From contig JAPETS010000045.1 of assembly GCA_026023565.1 (NCBI GenBank), positions 124,001 to 188,000 of the forward strand: a stretch of 64,000 nt of DNA. Reading direction: 5' to 3'. The notes under the pieces are model-generated. The model was not told where the DNA came from and searched no databases. It saw only the letters and a list, made by a program, of their open reading frames with translations. The first letter of the stretch is position 1, and the number at the start of each line of letters is the position of its first letter. The position numbers were made by a program, and so were the translations under genes. This stretch comes from Cirrosporium novae-zelandiae (Eukaryota). Below are positions 25,807 through 38,474 of this stretch, one piece after another.

Positions 25807-27638
25807 TCACCCGGTAAACTCTATCTTCTCCACTGTCCCCTCTTCTACCTCCTCTTCCTTGTTTTGTCCCTTCCCCAACTCTTTGTCATCATCTAGCCCT
25901 ACGTTCATCTCATGCTGGTGCGATCGCACTGTCCTCCCTCCCTTTGAAGTCAACACTCCACCTGTGATCCCTCCTTTTTCAAATAGGTGATCTATATCCT
26001 CGAGCTCTAGGCCTGTTGTCTCTGGAAAGAATATGTATGTTATAATAACCCAGAAGAAGCAAAGTACCGCCCATATAATAAACACCCGCCAGTTAATGTT
26101 GCTAATGGCAATGGGTGTAATCTGAACGACGGTGAACACGCACATCCAGTTGATGAAAGAGGCGATAGCTTGACCTTTGGACCGGATGCGTGTTGTTGTG
26201 ATTTCTGAGGGGTAGAACCAGGGGATGGGCAGCCAGCCGAAGCCAAAGAATATAAAGAAGAGAAAGATAAACCCTGTGGCAGCGTAGGCAGTTGGACGGG
26301 TATCAAGAGAGAGGAGAATTGCTACGAGGGAAAAGCAGAGGCAGAGACCACTAGCTGAAGCCATCATAAGGGTACGACGGCCGAAACGATCCATTGCCTA
26401 AGGGAGTTATAACATTAGCCAGATATATTTTGATTGAATATCTCTTGACTCACCCATAGTGGAATGATACTCCCGACCAAGTAGGTCAAGCTGGTACACC
26501 CTCCAAGGATCAAGCTCATCGTTCTACTTAACCCCATCGTCTTCTCATACACAGTTGGCGCATAATAATTAATCATGTTAGCGCCCGTGAATTGTTGCAT
26601 CACATTCACCATACAAGCGATGCATATCCTTCTAAAGTTCTGTAATTTTCCACCCTCGAAGAGTTCAGAGTAACGGAATGGACCACCAGCGCTTTCAGCT
26701 TCGACTGCTGTCTCTATTTGTGCGCGTAGATGCAAGACTTTATGATGACCGAGGTCAACGTCATTCAGTTGAGAAAGAACTTGACTTGCTTTTGCTGGCT
26801 GGCCTTTCAATATAAGATAGCGTGGCGTTTCGGGAAGGGAAAGTGTTTGGAGAACCAGACAGATGGCGAAGAAAGCTTGGAATGCAATGGGGAAACGCCA
26901 TTGGATTGGTCCGCCGATGTAGCTAAAAGCAAAGTCTAACCAGTAGGCGATGCAGAGACCGAGAATCGTGACGGTACCCTGGGCAGAAAGGAGCATGCCT
27001 CGTTTGGAGGCATCGCAAAGTTCGGCCTGGTAGGCGGGGATGTTGGAGCTGTTGAAACCATTACCCTGTTCATAATATTAGAAGATTCAGCATGTTTGTA
27101 TAGGTATGGAATCGTACAATGCCAGTCACAATTCTTCCAATAAGAAGTTGAGCCAGAGTCGTTGAAGATGCAAGGATAGCAGTCCCAACAATCATTGTAG
27201 AGCCTCCAGTGAGTATCATGGCCTTTCTTCCAACTCGATCGCCAATCGCAAAGGACCCCAAAGACCCTACAGCACAACCAATCTAGATATCATTTAGCTT
27301 GCTATAGGCCGATTCCTAGCTTCAAAGGACCCACATCGTATATGGACACAATCAATCCCTGAAGTTTGTCGTCAGGGTGGTTAAAGTCAACACCAAATTG
27401 GTTGTTGGCGCCAATAATACCGCTCATAACTCCTCTGGCTCATATTAGATATGGATACATTATACAGGGCGCGGAAACTCACTGATCATATCCAAGTAAA
27501 AGAAAACCCTGGCAACAGGCAGCTGTTTAATTTTCAGTGAACATATCAAGCAGAGATCAATAGCTCTGGAGAAAGACCTGTAATTGCCCACTGCAGCCAT
27601 TTCCCTCGTAGCCGCGAGTGTCCCGTGAGTGCAATCAT
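25807..27638 (-). CDS. MFS sugar porter (STL1-like), 6 exons
   Basis: LGYDQGVMSG, GDRVGRK, GRIVTGIGNG, WRFPIAFQ, PETPRYL, QQFTGANMINYY, DRFGRR, PWFYPSEI and PET motifs. Frame intact. Confidence 0.93.
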
Positions 27639-28252
27639 TTTGAACTAAAAATAATCAAAATAGCAATATGATAGCAGTTGAAAAGAACAGAGACAAAGGG
27701 GTATAATGAAAGAAAGGATATAAATCAAGGTCTTCGTATTAATATATTCATTTTTATCTGGTCAGAAAAAAACTAGGTTTTGCCTTGGGTTACGAAATGT
27801 ACCCGTCTTTATCGGGACAGTTTCACGCCGAATTCAGGGAGGACAAGCAACATAGTTATCAAATTCATAGAGAGTCGCTGGTAAAAGGAGCGTTAGACGT
27901 CATGAAGAAATTGATAATGGCCGAAGAGATTCGGTTCAACGAGACCCGACCGGGTCTTTTTCCAGAAGGTGTGCCGAGATAGAAAAATAAAATGAGGATG
28001 GAGCAAAGGAATAACGAAATTGTGGAGTAGTGGAGTGGAAGCTGGGGGAATGGGGAATGAGGAAATCTTTGTGGGGAAGAAAGGACTGGTTTGCGGAGAA
28101 AGGGGAGGAATGATCGAGCGATAGAGAACAGGGGATGTCGGCTTTTCGTAACTTAGTTGCCCCGGAAGGGGTTCGTGAGGATTGAAATTACTTTTTGCTA
28201 ATTGCTACTTGCACATGTGCACTCTCTAGTTACAATACTTGACAAGCATCTA

Positions 28253-29359
28253 CTAGTAGACTCCTCGACTATCTTCCGAGTTTTTCAGCAGTGGCTTCAA
28301 ATTATCCTTCTGCACTCTCTCCCACAAAGAGCCTTTCCCTTCCTTCCTCCCCAATTCGTCCTCACGTCTGAACCACTCCTCTGCACTCTTAATCCTTCCA
28401 GGAAAGACCTCATCAAGAAGCTTATAATCCCTTCGTACAATCCCCTGATTCCCACTAGAGTATTTGAATATGTTCCAAAATCCTGTGAAGTTTTGCCTGA
28501 AGGTCATGAACGATGGATCCTTTGGGTCTGCGCTGTATGCCGCACCATGATCAGCCGCCTGTCCCATGCGGCCTGTCGACCAGTACTCTTCGAGAGACGT
28601 GTCAATATAGCGGGCTGGGTGACCAGTGACTTTCGCAAATGCTGCAGCTAGCTCGGCATATGATACATGTGCAATCGCAACCTCGAGATCCATCCCGCTA
28701 GACTTCTTCATGTTATCAAAAAGCCAGCGCACATACTCTCCACAGTCTGAAAGAGCGATGTGCGGTATAGCACCCTCGCCGAGAGGAACTCACCATGTCA
28801 CGACACCATCTTCGATTGTAGGCATCATAGGAGTTCCAAATGCAATAGACATATCAATATATGGGCCTGTTGTGAAGATTGCGGCACCCATGCGGTCTTT
28901 GTTGTCTTTATTCTGAAAGAGTATCCATTCTCCTACACGACCCTTGCCGTCATAATGCCCAGCCCGGAATATTGGATCGTATCCGGATTTCTTGTATGCA
29001 TAATCAAGGTTTCCCCAAACATAGAATTTGATTCCACTTTCAAGTGCGAGCTCGTACGCCCGGATCCCCCAGTAAGTCTCTGTTTTCTCGCCAACATTAA
29101 AGCCATCAATATTGACAAATGCTCCATCGCAACCAGAAAAGCCTTTGCGAAGAGTGTCTTCGTTTGTAAAAGTACCTTCAACCAATTCGACCTGCGGAAG
29201 AGCTGCAAGTTGTTGAGCTCGCTTGGAAGCCGGATCCCGAGTCAAGATGCGGAGATGATATTTGTGGTCTTTTGTTAATGACTCGACGATTGGCATTCCT
29301 TGTGCACCTGTTCCTCCAATGACAAAGATCTTAGAGACGGTTGAGGAGGAAGACATCAT
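28253..29359 (-). pseudogene. NmrA-like NAD(P)-binding protein interrupted by one in-frame TGA (28790-28792)
   Basis: VIGGTGAQG Rossmann motif and GHYDGKGRVGEW. ORFs 28790-29374 and 28253-28732 are one frame, reading EDGVVTW*VPLGEGAIPHIALSDCGEYVRWLFDN. Confidence 0.8.
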
Positions 29360-29471
29360 TAATTTAGGCTTCAATGTTCGAGCAATTAGAGAGGATGATA
29401 TTAGAAGAGGCGAGTATGAAGAAATAAACTGGGATAGAAGAATGAAAGGTTTTATATATCAACCTTAGAGC

Positions 29472-29558
29472 TGCCGGAGGACAGACGAGGCCCGAGTATG
29501 ATTATTCTAACAAATATTGCCGGAGGACAGACGAAACCCGAGTATGATTATTCTAACA
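29472..29558. repeat. Tandem duplication, two 41-bp copies with 46-bp period, in the NmrA promoter
   Basis: TGCCGGAGGACAGACGA(GG/AA)CCCGAGTATGATTATTCTAACA at 29472-29512 and 29518-29558, two mismatches. Minus-strand TATATAAA at 29451-29458. Confidence 0.9.
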
Positions 29559-30326
29559 GATGACGCCAGCGATGGCGGCCACATGGAAATCTAGAACACA
29601 ATGAACTAGATTTAGAGACTGATAGGTTTGATTGCCATAGCAGTATGCTCATTGACGATCTATATCCAATAAATTGAGAGGCTACATAGGTGCCAATGTT
29701 GAGAAGGTTGAGTAATCATGCAGGTTACCAGAAGTTTTATCATCATGCCGGCGGTACTGCATTTGCGCTTGATCTTAGAAAGGCGATGATTGTGCAGTTC
29801 TTTTTTCTTTTTTGGATTTTCCTGGAAATGAGAGGTGAAAGACCGTAACAATCAATTTTATATACCTAGGTACCTAGGTAGTTAATGTAATTATGGATTT
29901 TTGAGAATGGAATGAGATGGCAGATGTAAATAATTGTGAGGCCAAGGGGACCGTAGGGGGGCAACTTTAAGCGAAGACATTTTACCACTCACATACCCTT
30001 TCCCCGCCACTCCGACCCGTCAAAAAGAGTTGATGATTAGACTACATGTCCGCTAATAACATGTCATCCTCGATTGCCTTCTTTAAACAAACCAACAACA
30101 GGCTGAGGTATCTAATTAAAGCCCCGATTGTTGAATAATGAACTCTATCCCTGTGTAGTATGCCTGTCTTGTTACAAGGCCCTGTCCAGACCTCGGAGCT
30201 GGTGAGAAAAGACATCTATATTACGAATCTAGTTATAAAAACATTTAGATAATTATGAAATTTAAAAATACTAAAATATTGTTTTTAAACAAAAGGCTTA
30301 CTACTCTCTCTCTCCTCCAGTACTCC

Positions 30327-32754
30327 TCAGACGCTCCACCACAGCATGTCGTCAAAGTCAACTTGCTTGGTTCCAATGTCTGTCCAGTCGATGTTTCCGT
30401 ACTCTGCTAATACTATGTCCCATGCGTTGGATGATGATGTGTCGATATTTTCGTCTTTGTGGTTTCGATGGTCTGGGGGTTGTGATACGCCTTTGTTGGT
30501 GGTACCTGGGTATATGGAGAAGTTGTTGTTTGTTGTTGTGTTTAACTGTGTTACGATGCCTGCAGCTGCAGCTGCGTTGCCGTTGTTACCGTTGTTAGTA
30601 TTGCCGTCCAACAAGGATCCGAAAATATTACTGGGGGACGAATATGTCGAAGAAGATGATGTCGAACTTGCTGTTACTTGAGCAGCGATGATAGTGTTTC
30701 TCCTCGACTTGCCTCTCCATACTTCCGAGGGCAGGACCAGTCGATCTAATTCATCATGAGCCTTTGAAACATCCGTTGTGTCTGCCGCGGATGTAAGCTC
30801 TTTGAGAACGCTGGCTTTCAGACGTTCATATATTTCGCCGCACCTTGCGGCAGCACCCCACACCTCGCTGATGAGGGCAAACAGCGTCGAGAATAAATGC
30901 AGGGCTTCTAGAATCTTCCTTATTCCATACATCTCCCGCAATTCAAATTGACAATGTCGAACTGCGTACAGCATGCATATCGCTGCTTCGAATCCATGGT
31001 GCACGGCATGCCAGCTATATTTCAAGAATCCGCTGTGGGCATGGTCGAGGTAGCTGGCCGCCGTCCTTGTTGCAGCGTCAAAGCATTTGGTCAAGGAGGC
31101 CTTGGAGGGGAAAGGATTCCTGGGGCATGGACGATGCAGGAAGACAAGACCGTGGAAAACAGCACAGTCAAACCATTCGGGTCCAACCCTGTCTCGAGAA
31201 GCAATGTTATTCTGCCAGGCTCGGATCCTATCCTCTATGTCCTGCAACCAGCTTTCGTAATCTCCTGGGAAATCTAGAGCGCTCTTGTAGGTGAAATTTA
31301 CAGTATAAACTTCCGACTGCAGTCGACGGAAATGGAGAACATTCAAAAAATGATTTTCGGAAGGGCGGGAGGGGAATTGGTTGGTCGGCTCAGCGTACGT
31401 GATGTCTTGTTCTGACAGCAACTGAACTTTGATCATGTTATCCTCGATTCCAAATCGGCGAAAGCTGGTCGCGCAGATGGAACGATCCATCTCGTATGTA
31501 ACCCAGAATATTCGCCGACGGAGGCGTGCATCGAATTTATGGTCGAGGTCATCTGCTATCCGATTCTCCGCGCTGATATCTTGATGCAGGCCTAACTCAA
31601 TCGCCATTCTCATGGCCAAACCGACCAGGTTCCAGAGATTTCCCGCTGTAGGTCTTAAATAGCTATATTGAATTAAGAGCAAGCATGCTTGGAGAGCTCC
31701 CAAAGAAGTACATCGCAGGCAATCGAGACATTGAAGAGCACTTCGAAACATCTGATCACTTGTTGACGCAACCTTGCTAATATCAGAAGCTCTTGAGGTC
31801 ATGATACTAATGCAAAGTACCATGGAAACCATGAATTTAGTCAAATCAGAGCCTGATACTTGAGGATGGTCCTTTGCATGGTAGACAGTGTTGAAACCAT
31901 CCCAGACTGTCTGAGCATCAAAGATGGGATATTGTGGTAAAATCTTGTCCACATAATTCTTTGTTAGCAGTCCAGCTATATGTAGAGGAATAGCATGAGG
32001 AGGTGTGGTGTAGTCTTTCGTGTTCACGCCAAGGCCACGACTAATAGTGTAGTTGATAATGCTATCATCGGTTTCTTCTTTGGATGGTTGAAGCTGGGGC
32101 AGGCTAGATGGGGAGAGTAGGAATAATCCTGATGGAAAAGCGGGCTCTGATCGAATTGCAGATGAAGACATTGTCTCCGTGCAACTTGTAGCAAGTGCCA
32201 TTACCAAGTCATTACCACGAGAGCCCTCTTTCGGAGCATCTCTGACTTGATGGGTTACCTCTCTATTTTCGGTTCGGACTCGACTATCGGGATCAATACC
32301 CCTAGCCCTTAATTGAAGCTCTTTAGCAGCGATCTGGTCTTGCAGGTATTGGACAATACTATTAAATATTAGAAGCCTTCTTGACGCCAAAGTAACAGAC
32401 GCATCCTGTCTTGCCTTCTAGGAAGTATCGCATTAGTTGCTCCGTCAAAGCCATGACATTCAGCAGCTCCCTTGACGCAATTTGAACATCTCGGGCGTAA
32501 ACCATCACACTGGGTAAGATGATGAGTCTATTAGGGCATCCAACCATACAATTAGTGCAGTTGGGCTTACTCTGATTTTTCTTTTATGACATCTATGACC
32601 TGGAAGCAGTTTAGCACAGTACTAAGTAGTATTGTCATAGCATACAGGCGAAAGTAACTCGACGAAGCTTTGAGTAACGTCTTTTGTCTCCCACGGTTCC
32701 ATTATCATCATTATTGCCATCATCATCTACTCGATTTCTCTTGCTAACGGGCAT
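30327..32754 (-). CDS. Zn(II)2Cys6 transcription factor (Ppr1/UaY-like architecture), 4 exons
   Basis: ATG at 32754; CHRCHKRKIR-CDGLRPRCSNCVKGAAEC split by introns; PR-SIVQYLQDQIA coiled coil; GLAMRMAIELGLH and RRRIFWVTYEMDR. Confidence 0.9.
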
Positions 32755-34267
32755 ACTGTTATCAGATGTTTAAATAATATTGTCACACTATTTAGTCACA
32801 AAACAACCGACGCAATATTCCAATTGGGTGGCGGAGTTGAGAGAAAAAAGATGAGCAAGACATGATATTATTTTCGGGATTGGCCGTAGGGACAATATAT
32901 ATCTACCTTAGATACAGTCGACCTCAACTAGAATTTCCTGGGGGTTTTTGCAATTGATAGAGCGGGAAATGGAGGGACTATCTTTCAGGGCGAGGGAATT
33001 AGCACAAGGCGCCAACAGCGGTTGGTCCGCTCTCCACCTTCGGATTTATGCGTACTGACTGCTAACTCCTCCTCTGCTTAACCTTTGCAGTAAAACTAAC
33101 AGCTATTTCGTTCTATCATCTCTTATCATGCCTGAAGACGGGCCTTGTTTCGAATACCCTATCTAGAAAGCTACATAGTCAAAGCTCGACATTCGTTCTA
33201 CATTCGCCCTTTTCACTTTGGGGGCCAACGAGTCATAATTATTCAAAGCCCGCAAGAATATTTAACATGGAACACGTCCTTGGCGGCATTAGACGGTTCT
33301 AGAATTTCGACTGCGAAGAGATGTCTAGTTACTGTTTCTTGGGAATGGGAGGGATTTAGGAATTGCGTCATTATAGAAGAGGTAGAACAGAAGTTCTACT
33401 GTCAAAACATTAACGAAGACAGATTTTAGTATCACCAACCTTCCCTCGACAACGAACAGGAATTTTTTTAGAACACCCCGTCCTATTGGGGTTCGAATGG
33501 ATTTGTCCAATCTGCGCTAAGAAGAAAAATTCATGGCATTTATTGGGTTTGCTGCTATAGCAGCTACTCTAAGGTTCGGTATCGACTTGAATAAGTTCAA
33601 GAGCATAATAAGACCTTTCGAGCCCCAACAACAAAGGTATCAATGTTCTATATTTGCCATTATATCTATGTTGTACGCAATGGGAATCGGAATGTGAACT
33701 GAAGCATGCCATTGGAGTAGGTATTACCTTCACTGAGGGTTGTTTCCAAAGGTGCAGAACTAACACTATTTCTCAAAGTAAGTAGAGGGAACATGCTAGA
33801 ACTAATTATAAGATGTATATTGATGAAGAGATGGCTTTTTATGAGATACCTATATAGGGCTTATCCTAGAGAAGTGTTTCTAAGGTCGAAGGATGACGCG
33901 TGGTGACTTTGAGCATGACTATGGAGTAAGCTCTTTGGCTACATAAGTGCTTAGTATAAACTAAGAGTAGAATAAAGAATTACCAATAGATTTATTCTTC
34001 ATACAAATACTTTGATTGAAAATTAATTTGAATCAGCTCGATTTTATTTATTGATAGGTGGTAGATTTTGTGGGTAACGCTCTTAATCACTACCGTAGTC
34101 ATTGTGGATCAGTAGCTACACTTGATCACCCTTGTTGACGCTCAACTAGGTATCTAGCTACAAGGAACATCTTGTTTATTCACAAACTATCACGCTACAT
34201 TCATACCATATGATAAGATCTACCCAAGCTTCTCAAAGCTCGATCTACTCTCCAAGTCTCCAACAAC

Positions 34268-35803
34268 ATGTCAGCTCGTAAAGGAAAAAGCGCCCCCACA
34301 ATCGAAGAGCTCTCCGCTCAACTCGAAGGTCTCGGTGAAGATGAGGTTAACACCACCAGTAAAACACCACCACCTACAACTAAATCTTCCTCCAAATCAG
34401 CTGCAACTAAATCCCATCATCATCCTCAATCATCTCGTCAGAATAAGAGCAATGATCAAAACGAGCAGGATTTACTAGCCGAGTTAGATAATCTTGCTAC
34501 ACAACGACCTCCAAGCACCAGGCCCGATACGCCCAGACGGACAAATACAGGGAATAGACAAAGTGCAAGGACAAGTGAGGATAGAGGAAGCAGGGAATAT
34601 GCTTCAGGTAGTAGGAGGAGCGGAGAGAGTGGGAAGGGTGCTAGATTTGAGGAGCCACTTATAAGATCGGCCAGGAACGCTGATCCTCCTGTCGTTACGA
34701 AGCAAGAGGAACAGAAGAATTCGGGTGGAGGATGGTGGGGAGGAATTTTGGCTACAGCGAGCGCGGCTGTAAAAGAGATACAGAAGAATGAGGAAGCGCA
34801 GAAGTGGGCAGAACAGGTCAAAGGGAATGTCGGGGCGTTAAGAGGGCTGGGTATGTCTCTTGTCCCACCCTATAGCTTCATTACTTCTACTTCTTAACTC
34901 TCTTATTCGATGTATGGATACTAATAGCTTCCAGGTGGCCGCGCCCTTCCCCATCTAACAAACATTCTTCAAACCCTTGCGCCTCCCATCCAACGTCACG
35001 AACGTCTCCGCATCCACACAACTCATGAGCTGATTGGATATCCTTCTCTCCCCCCTCTCATTCAAGATGTCTTCTCTCGCCTTATGCAACAAGTCGAAGG
35101 CGGTGAAGTTATTGTGCAAGGCCCTGCCCTCCAGTCCAAAGGAAATGGTTGGAATGATGGTCCTTGGTGGCGTGAAAGTCCTTCGACATCGATGAAAAGA
35201 GGTTTGGGGGCTGTAGATGGTGTTAAAGAAGGTGCAAAATTGGCAAAGGCTAGCGCAGAGGCGTTTGCAAGTGAATGGTTTGAAAAGGATGGGGGAATGG
35301 AGGTGGCGATGAGGAGGGCTGTAGAAAGTCCAAGTGAGGACAACCCAGTTAGAAGTTCCGAGGTTTTTTTGGCTATTCAGGCCGTGACTTTGGAACTACC
35401 AGCAGCAACAGCTGAAGGCGAGAGCGACGAATCCGACCCATCTATCATGTTCATCCTCCACCTTCACGATCCCATCCACGGTATCTCCTTCCGTACACTT
35501 TCGCAAACACTCCCACAAAAATGGATTGACTACCTCGAGACTACAACTCCGTCGGACTTCCCAGAACTGCCACAGTCTCCCGGTGCCATGGAGATGGGAG
35601 AGTCTGAAGATGCTGGGCTAGGAGTTGATCCTAGAGAATGGGCTGCTGATTGGGTACAAGAAGTTCTCGCCCTATGCACTGGTATCGTAGCACAGAGATA
35701 CATTGCTAAGAGGCTAGGAGTACCGGAGCGGAGAGGTGGAATGATTACTGGAGAGAGGTCTTCGGTGGACGTTGGTGGGGGGGAGGCAAGCAGGGCTATT
35801 TGA
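34268..35803 (+). CDS. MTC1: Maintenance of telomere capping protein 1-like (DUF5427), 2 exons
   Basis: GGGWWGG, EAQKWAEQVKGN, TLAPPIQRHERLRIH, MQQVEGG, SQTLPQKW, DPREW..DW and GIVAQRY motifs. Intron about 34851-34934. Confidence 0.8.
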
Positions 35804-36283
35804 ATGTTTTATTTCTTCTAATTTTATAAGAGAACGTAGACTTGATGTCTTCATTTAGATTCATATGTTCCAAAACAGCTCAAAAGGAATGTGCTGTCTC
35901 AGTCATCAATCAGTCAAGCCACTTACGTGCCGTCTTATCGATTTCTTATCCGATGGCGGCGTCCAAGAACCCATAGATCAACAAATCTCTCAAGGCCAAA
36001 ATTCCCTCGCAAAATCCAGGAAAAAAGTCCTTCCAAGGGCGTAGCAAAGATCAAATGGCTGACCCGATTGATCTAATTGGCAATATTACGAAAAACTGGT
36101 GTCAGAGATCTAAGTGGGTCTCTTCTCCTAGGTTGGCAGCTATTAGTATATAGCTCCGACGACGGCCAGCGGATTACTTTCATTATTTTATTTACCCCGC
36201 CATGGTAACAAATATATTTTTATAAAGACAGACATTCCTTAATCCCTTCTTCCCAGATCTAATTGAAACCCTAATTTATCATC

Positions 36284-37645
36284 ATGACCACAACTTTACC
36301 CACAGAGCTAGAGAAGCTTTCTGTCTCCGACCTCTTATTATCTGATCGAGGTCTTGCAACCCAGGCTCTGCACGCCGACGAGGCTATCAAAGATGTCCCT
36401 GATGTAGCGCCACCAATTCATGTTTCCACCACGGTAAGAAATAAACCCCAAAGAGTTATGGTAGACAAATCCGTGATACTAATGACTCATGCTTTGCCCA
36501 GTTCCGCTATCCAGAAAATCCCGAAGAGCTGGTACCCTTAAGAGCTCCAGACGAGGTATGTTCCATCCCTACCGCTATCCCCACCCTCCAAACTACAGAC
36601 CCTAACCTCCCCTCCCACATCTAAGAACTCAGGGCTCACAACCCCCCACGTCTACTCCAGACACACCGCCCCCAACACCACACGCCTCGAAACCCTCCTC
36701 AGCACCCTCCTGCATGGGCGCGTCCTAACCTACACATCCGGTCTGGCCGCCCTGCACGCTGCGCTCGTGTTCCTCAACCCCAAACGCATCGCCATCGGCC
36801 ACGGCTACCATGGCTGCCAAGGCGTTGTGGAACTCCACCAGAAACTCACAAACTGCTCGATCCTCGATCTGGATTGTCCCGCCGACAGTCTCGGAGAAGG
36901 CGACGTCATACACCTCGAAACTCCCATCAACCCCACAGGTGAGGCTTTCGATATTAAACATTATGCGGACAAGGCGCACTCGCGAGGTGCATACCTAATC
37001 GTTGATTCCACATTCGCCCCGCCACCTCTGCAAGACCCGTTCGCGCTTGGCGCCGACATTGTCATGCACGCAGGGACGAAATATATTGGCGGCCACAGCG
37101 ACATGCTATGCGGGATCCTAGCTGTCAAAAGTGTAGAATGGCAGAAGCAACTCCTACTCGAACGGCTAGTCCTCGGCAGCGTGATGGGTAGCCTAGAAGG
37201 CTGGCTCGGCGTGCGCAGCCTGCGAACGCTCGAACTCCGCGTGAAGCGCCAAAGCACAAACGCAACAAACCTCGTGCAATGGCTACACGGGCAGCTCACC
37301 TCCCCGACCCCTAATGTCACAAACACGGTGCTCGCGAAGATAGCTCACGCATCCCTCCAGACTTCCGAAATGGCCTGGCTGGAGAAGCAGATGCCGAATG
37401 GCTACGGGCCTGTCTTCAGCATATGGATGAAGAATGAGGAGCTGGCGCGTCATCTGCCGAGTCGACTGGGTTTGTTCATGCATGCGACGAGCCTGGGGGG
37501 TGTGGAGAGCTTGATCGAGTGGAGGACCATGACGGATTCGACCCAAGATGTCAGGTTGTTGAGGATTAGTGTGGGGGTGGAGGACTGGGAGGATTTGAGG
37601 GATGATTTTGAGGGCGCGTTTAGGGGGCTTTCTAAATTGGCATGA
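36284..37645 (+). CDS. Cys/Met metabolism PLP-dependent enzyme (cystathionine gamma-synthase/lyase family, YHR112C-like), 3 exons
   Basis: VAPPIHVSTT, YSR...PN, SGLAA, LETPINP, VDSTFAPP, HAGTKYIGGHSD (PLP lysine), ATSLGGVESL, LRISVGVED. Confidence 0.92.
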
Positions 37646-38209
37646 GGAATCATATTGAATGAAAGATTTTAGAAAGGGTTCACGGACAATATAGATAGAA
37701 GCCAACCATAGGCACTTTCTATGATATAAACATAAATATAAGTATCAAAAACTAGCACCTCTAAAGCTCAACCGAATCGAATCAAAGCAAAAAAAAAAAA
37801 TCAAAGACAAAATAAATTGATAATTTTTTTTTTCATCAAGCACACACAAAATAAAGACATTTTCCTTCATACTTTCAGGCTAGAAGACAAGTACAAAACA
37901 CATAAAAAGTACCCCTAGTACTTCATCCAAATCATGAAACTACCTACCTAGATACCTAGGTACTTTCCTCACTCCATCCACAACTTGTTCCCCCTCCCTC
38001 TCTCAGAACCCAAGTACCACCTCCCTTCAAAGCCAAAAACCCCCCCTAAAATTAACCCATACCTACCTACCTAAGTAGGTACACATAAAATCCACCCCTC
38101 CTATCTCCCAGTCTATCTCCTAAATACCCCTCCTAATCCTCAAATCCTCAAATCTCTACCTAAGTAATCCCAATCCCCATCCCCCCAGCCCTAAAAGCCA
38201 ATCCCTTTC

Positions 38210-38474
38210 TGTCACAAAGGAAGGAGAGTAGAGCATTAGGACGAGGCTCTAGACCTACGGACCGAAGGCGGAACGTGGGCGAGAATGTGGCGCTACGTGG
38301 CGCCGATAAGTCGCCGTAGAATAAGGACTTTATATAGAGGGAAAGGAGGAGACTAGGAAAGCCTAGCTTTCAGTCTTGTATTATACTGATATACTACTAT
38401 TAAAATACTACTACGTTACGCGCGAGCAACGCACCCGTACCGCTACCTACACTATCGGAGCCCAATCTTTGACA
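38210..38474 (+). mobile_element. Solo LTR of an LTR retrotransposon (265 bp)
   Basis: Starts TGTCA and ends TGACA. Flanked by CTTTC at 38205-38209 and 38475-38479. Internal TATA-like TTTATATAG about 38329 and ATTAAA about 38399. Composition differs from the flanks. Confidence 0.8.

Noticed and set aside
28746..28793. GTGAGT..CAG intron that would remove the NmrA stop
   Set aside because: Splicing would join TG+A to give TGA again and delete a protein-like segment. No good branch point.
29472..29558. Direct repeats as a CRISPR array
   Set aside because: Only two copies with a 5-bp gap, in a eukaryotic context with no cas genes.
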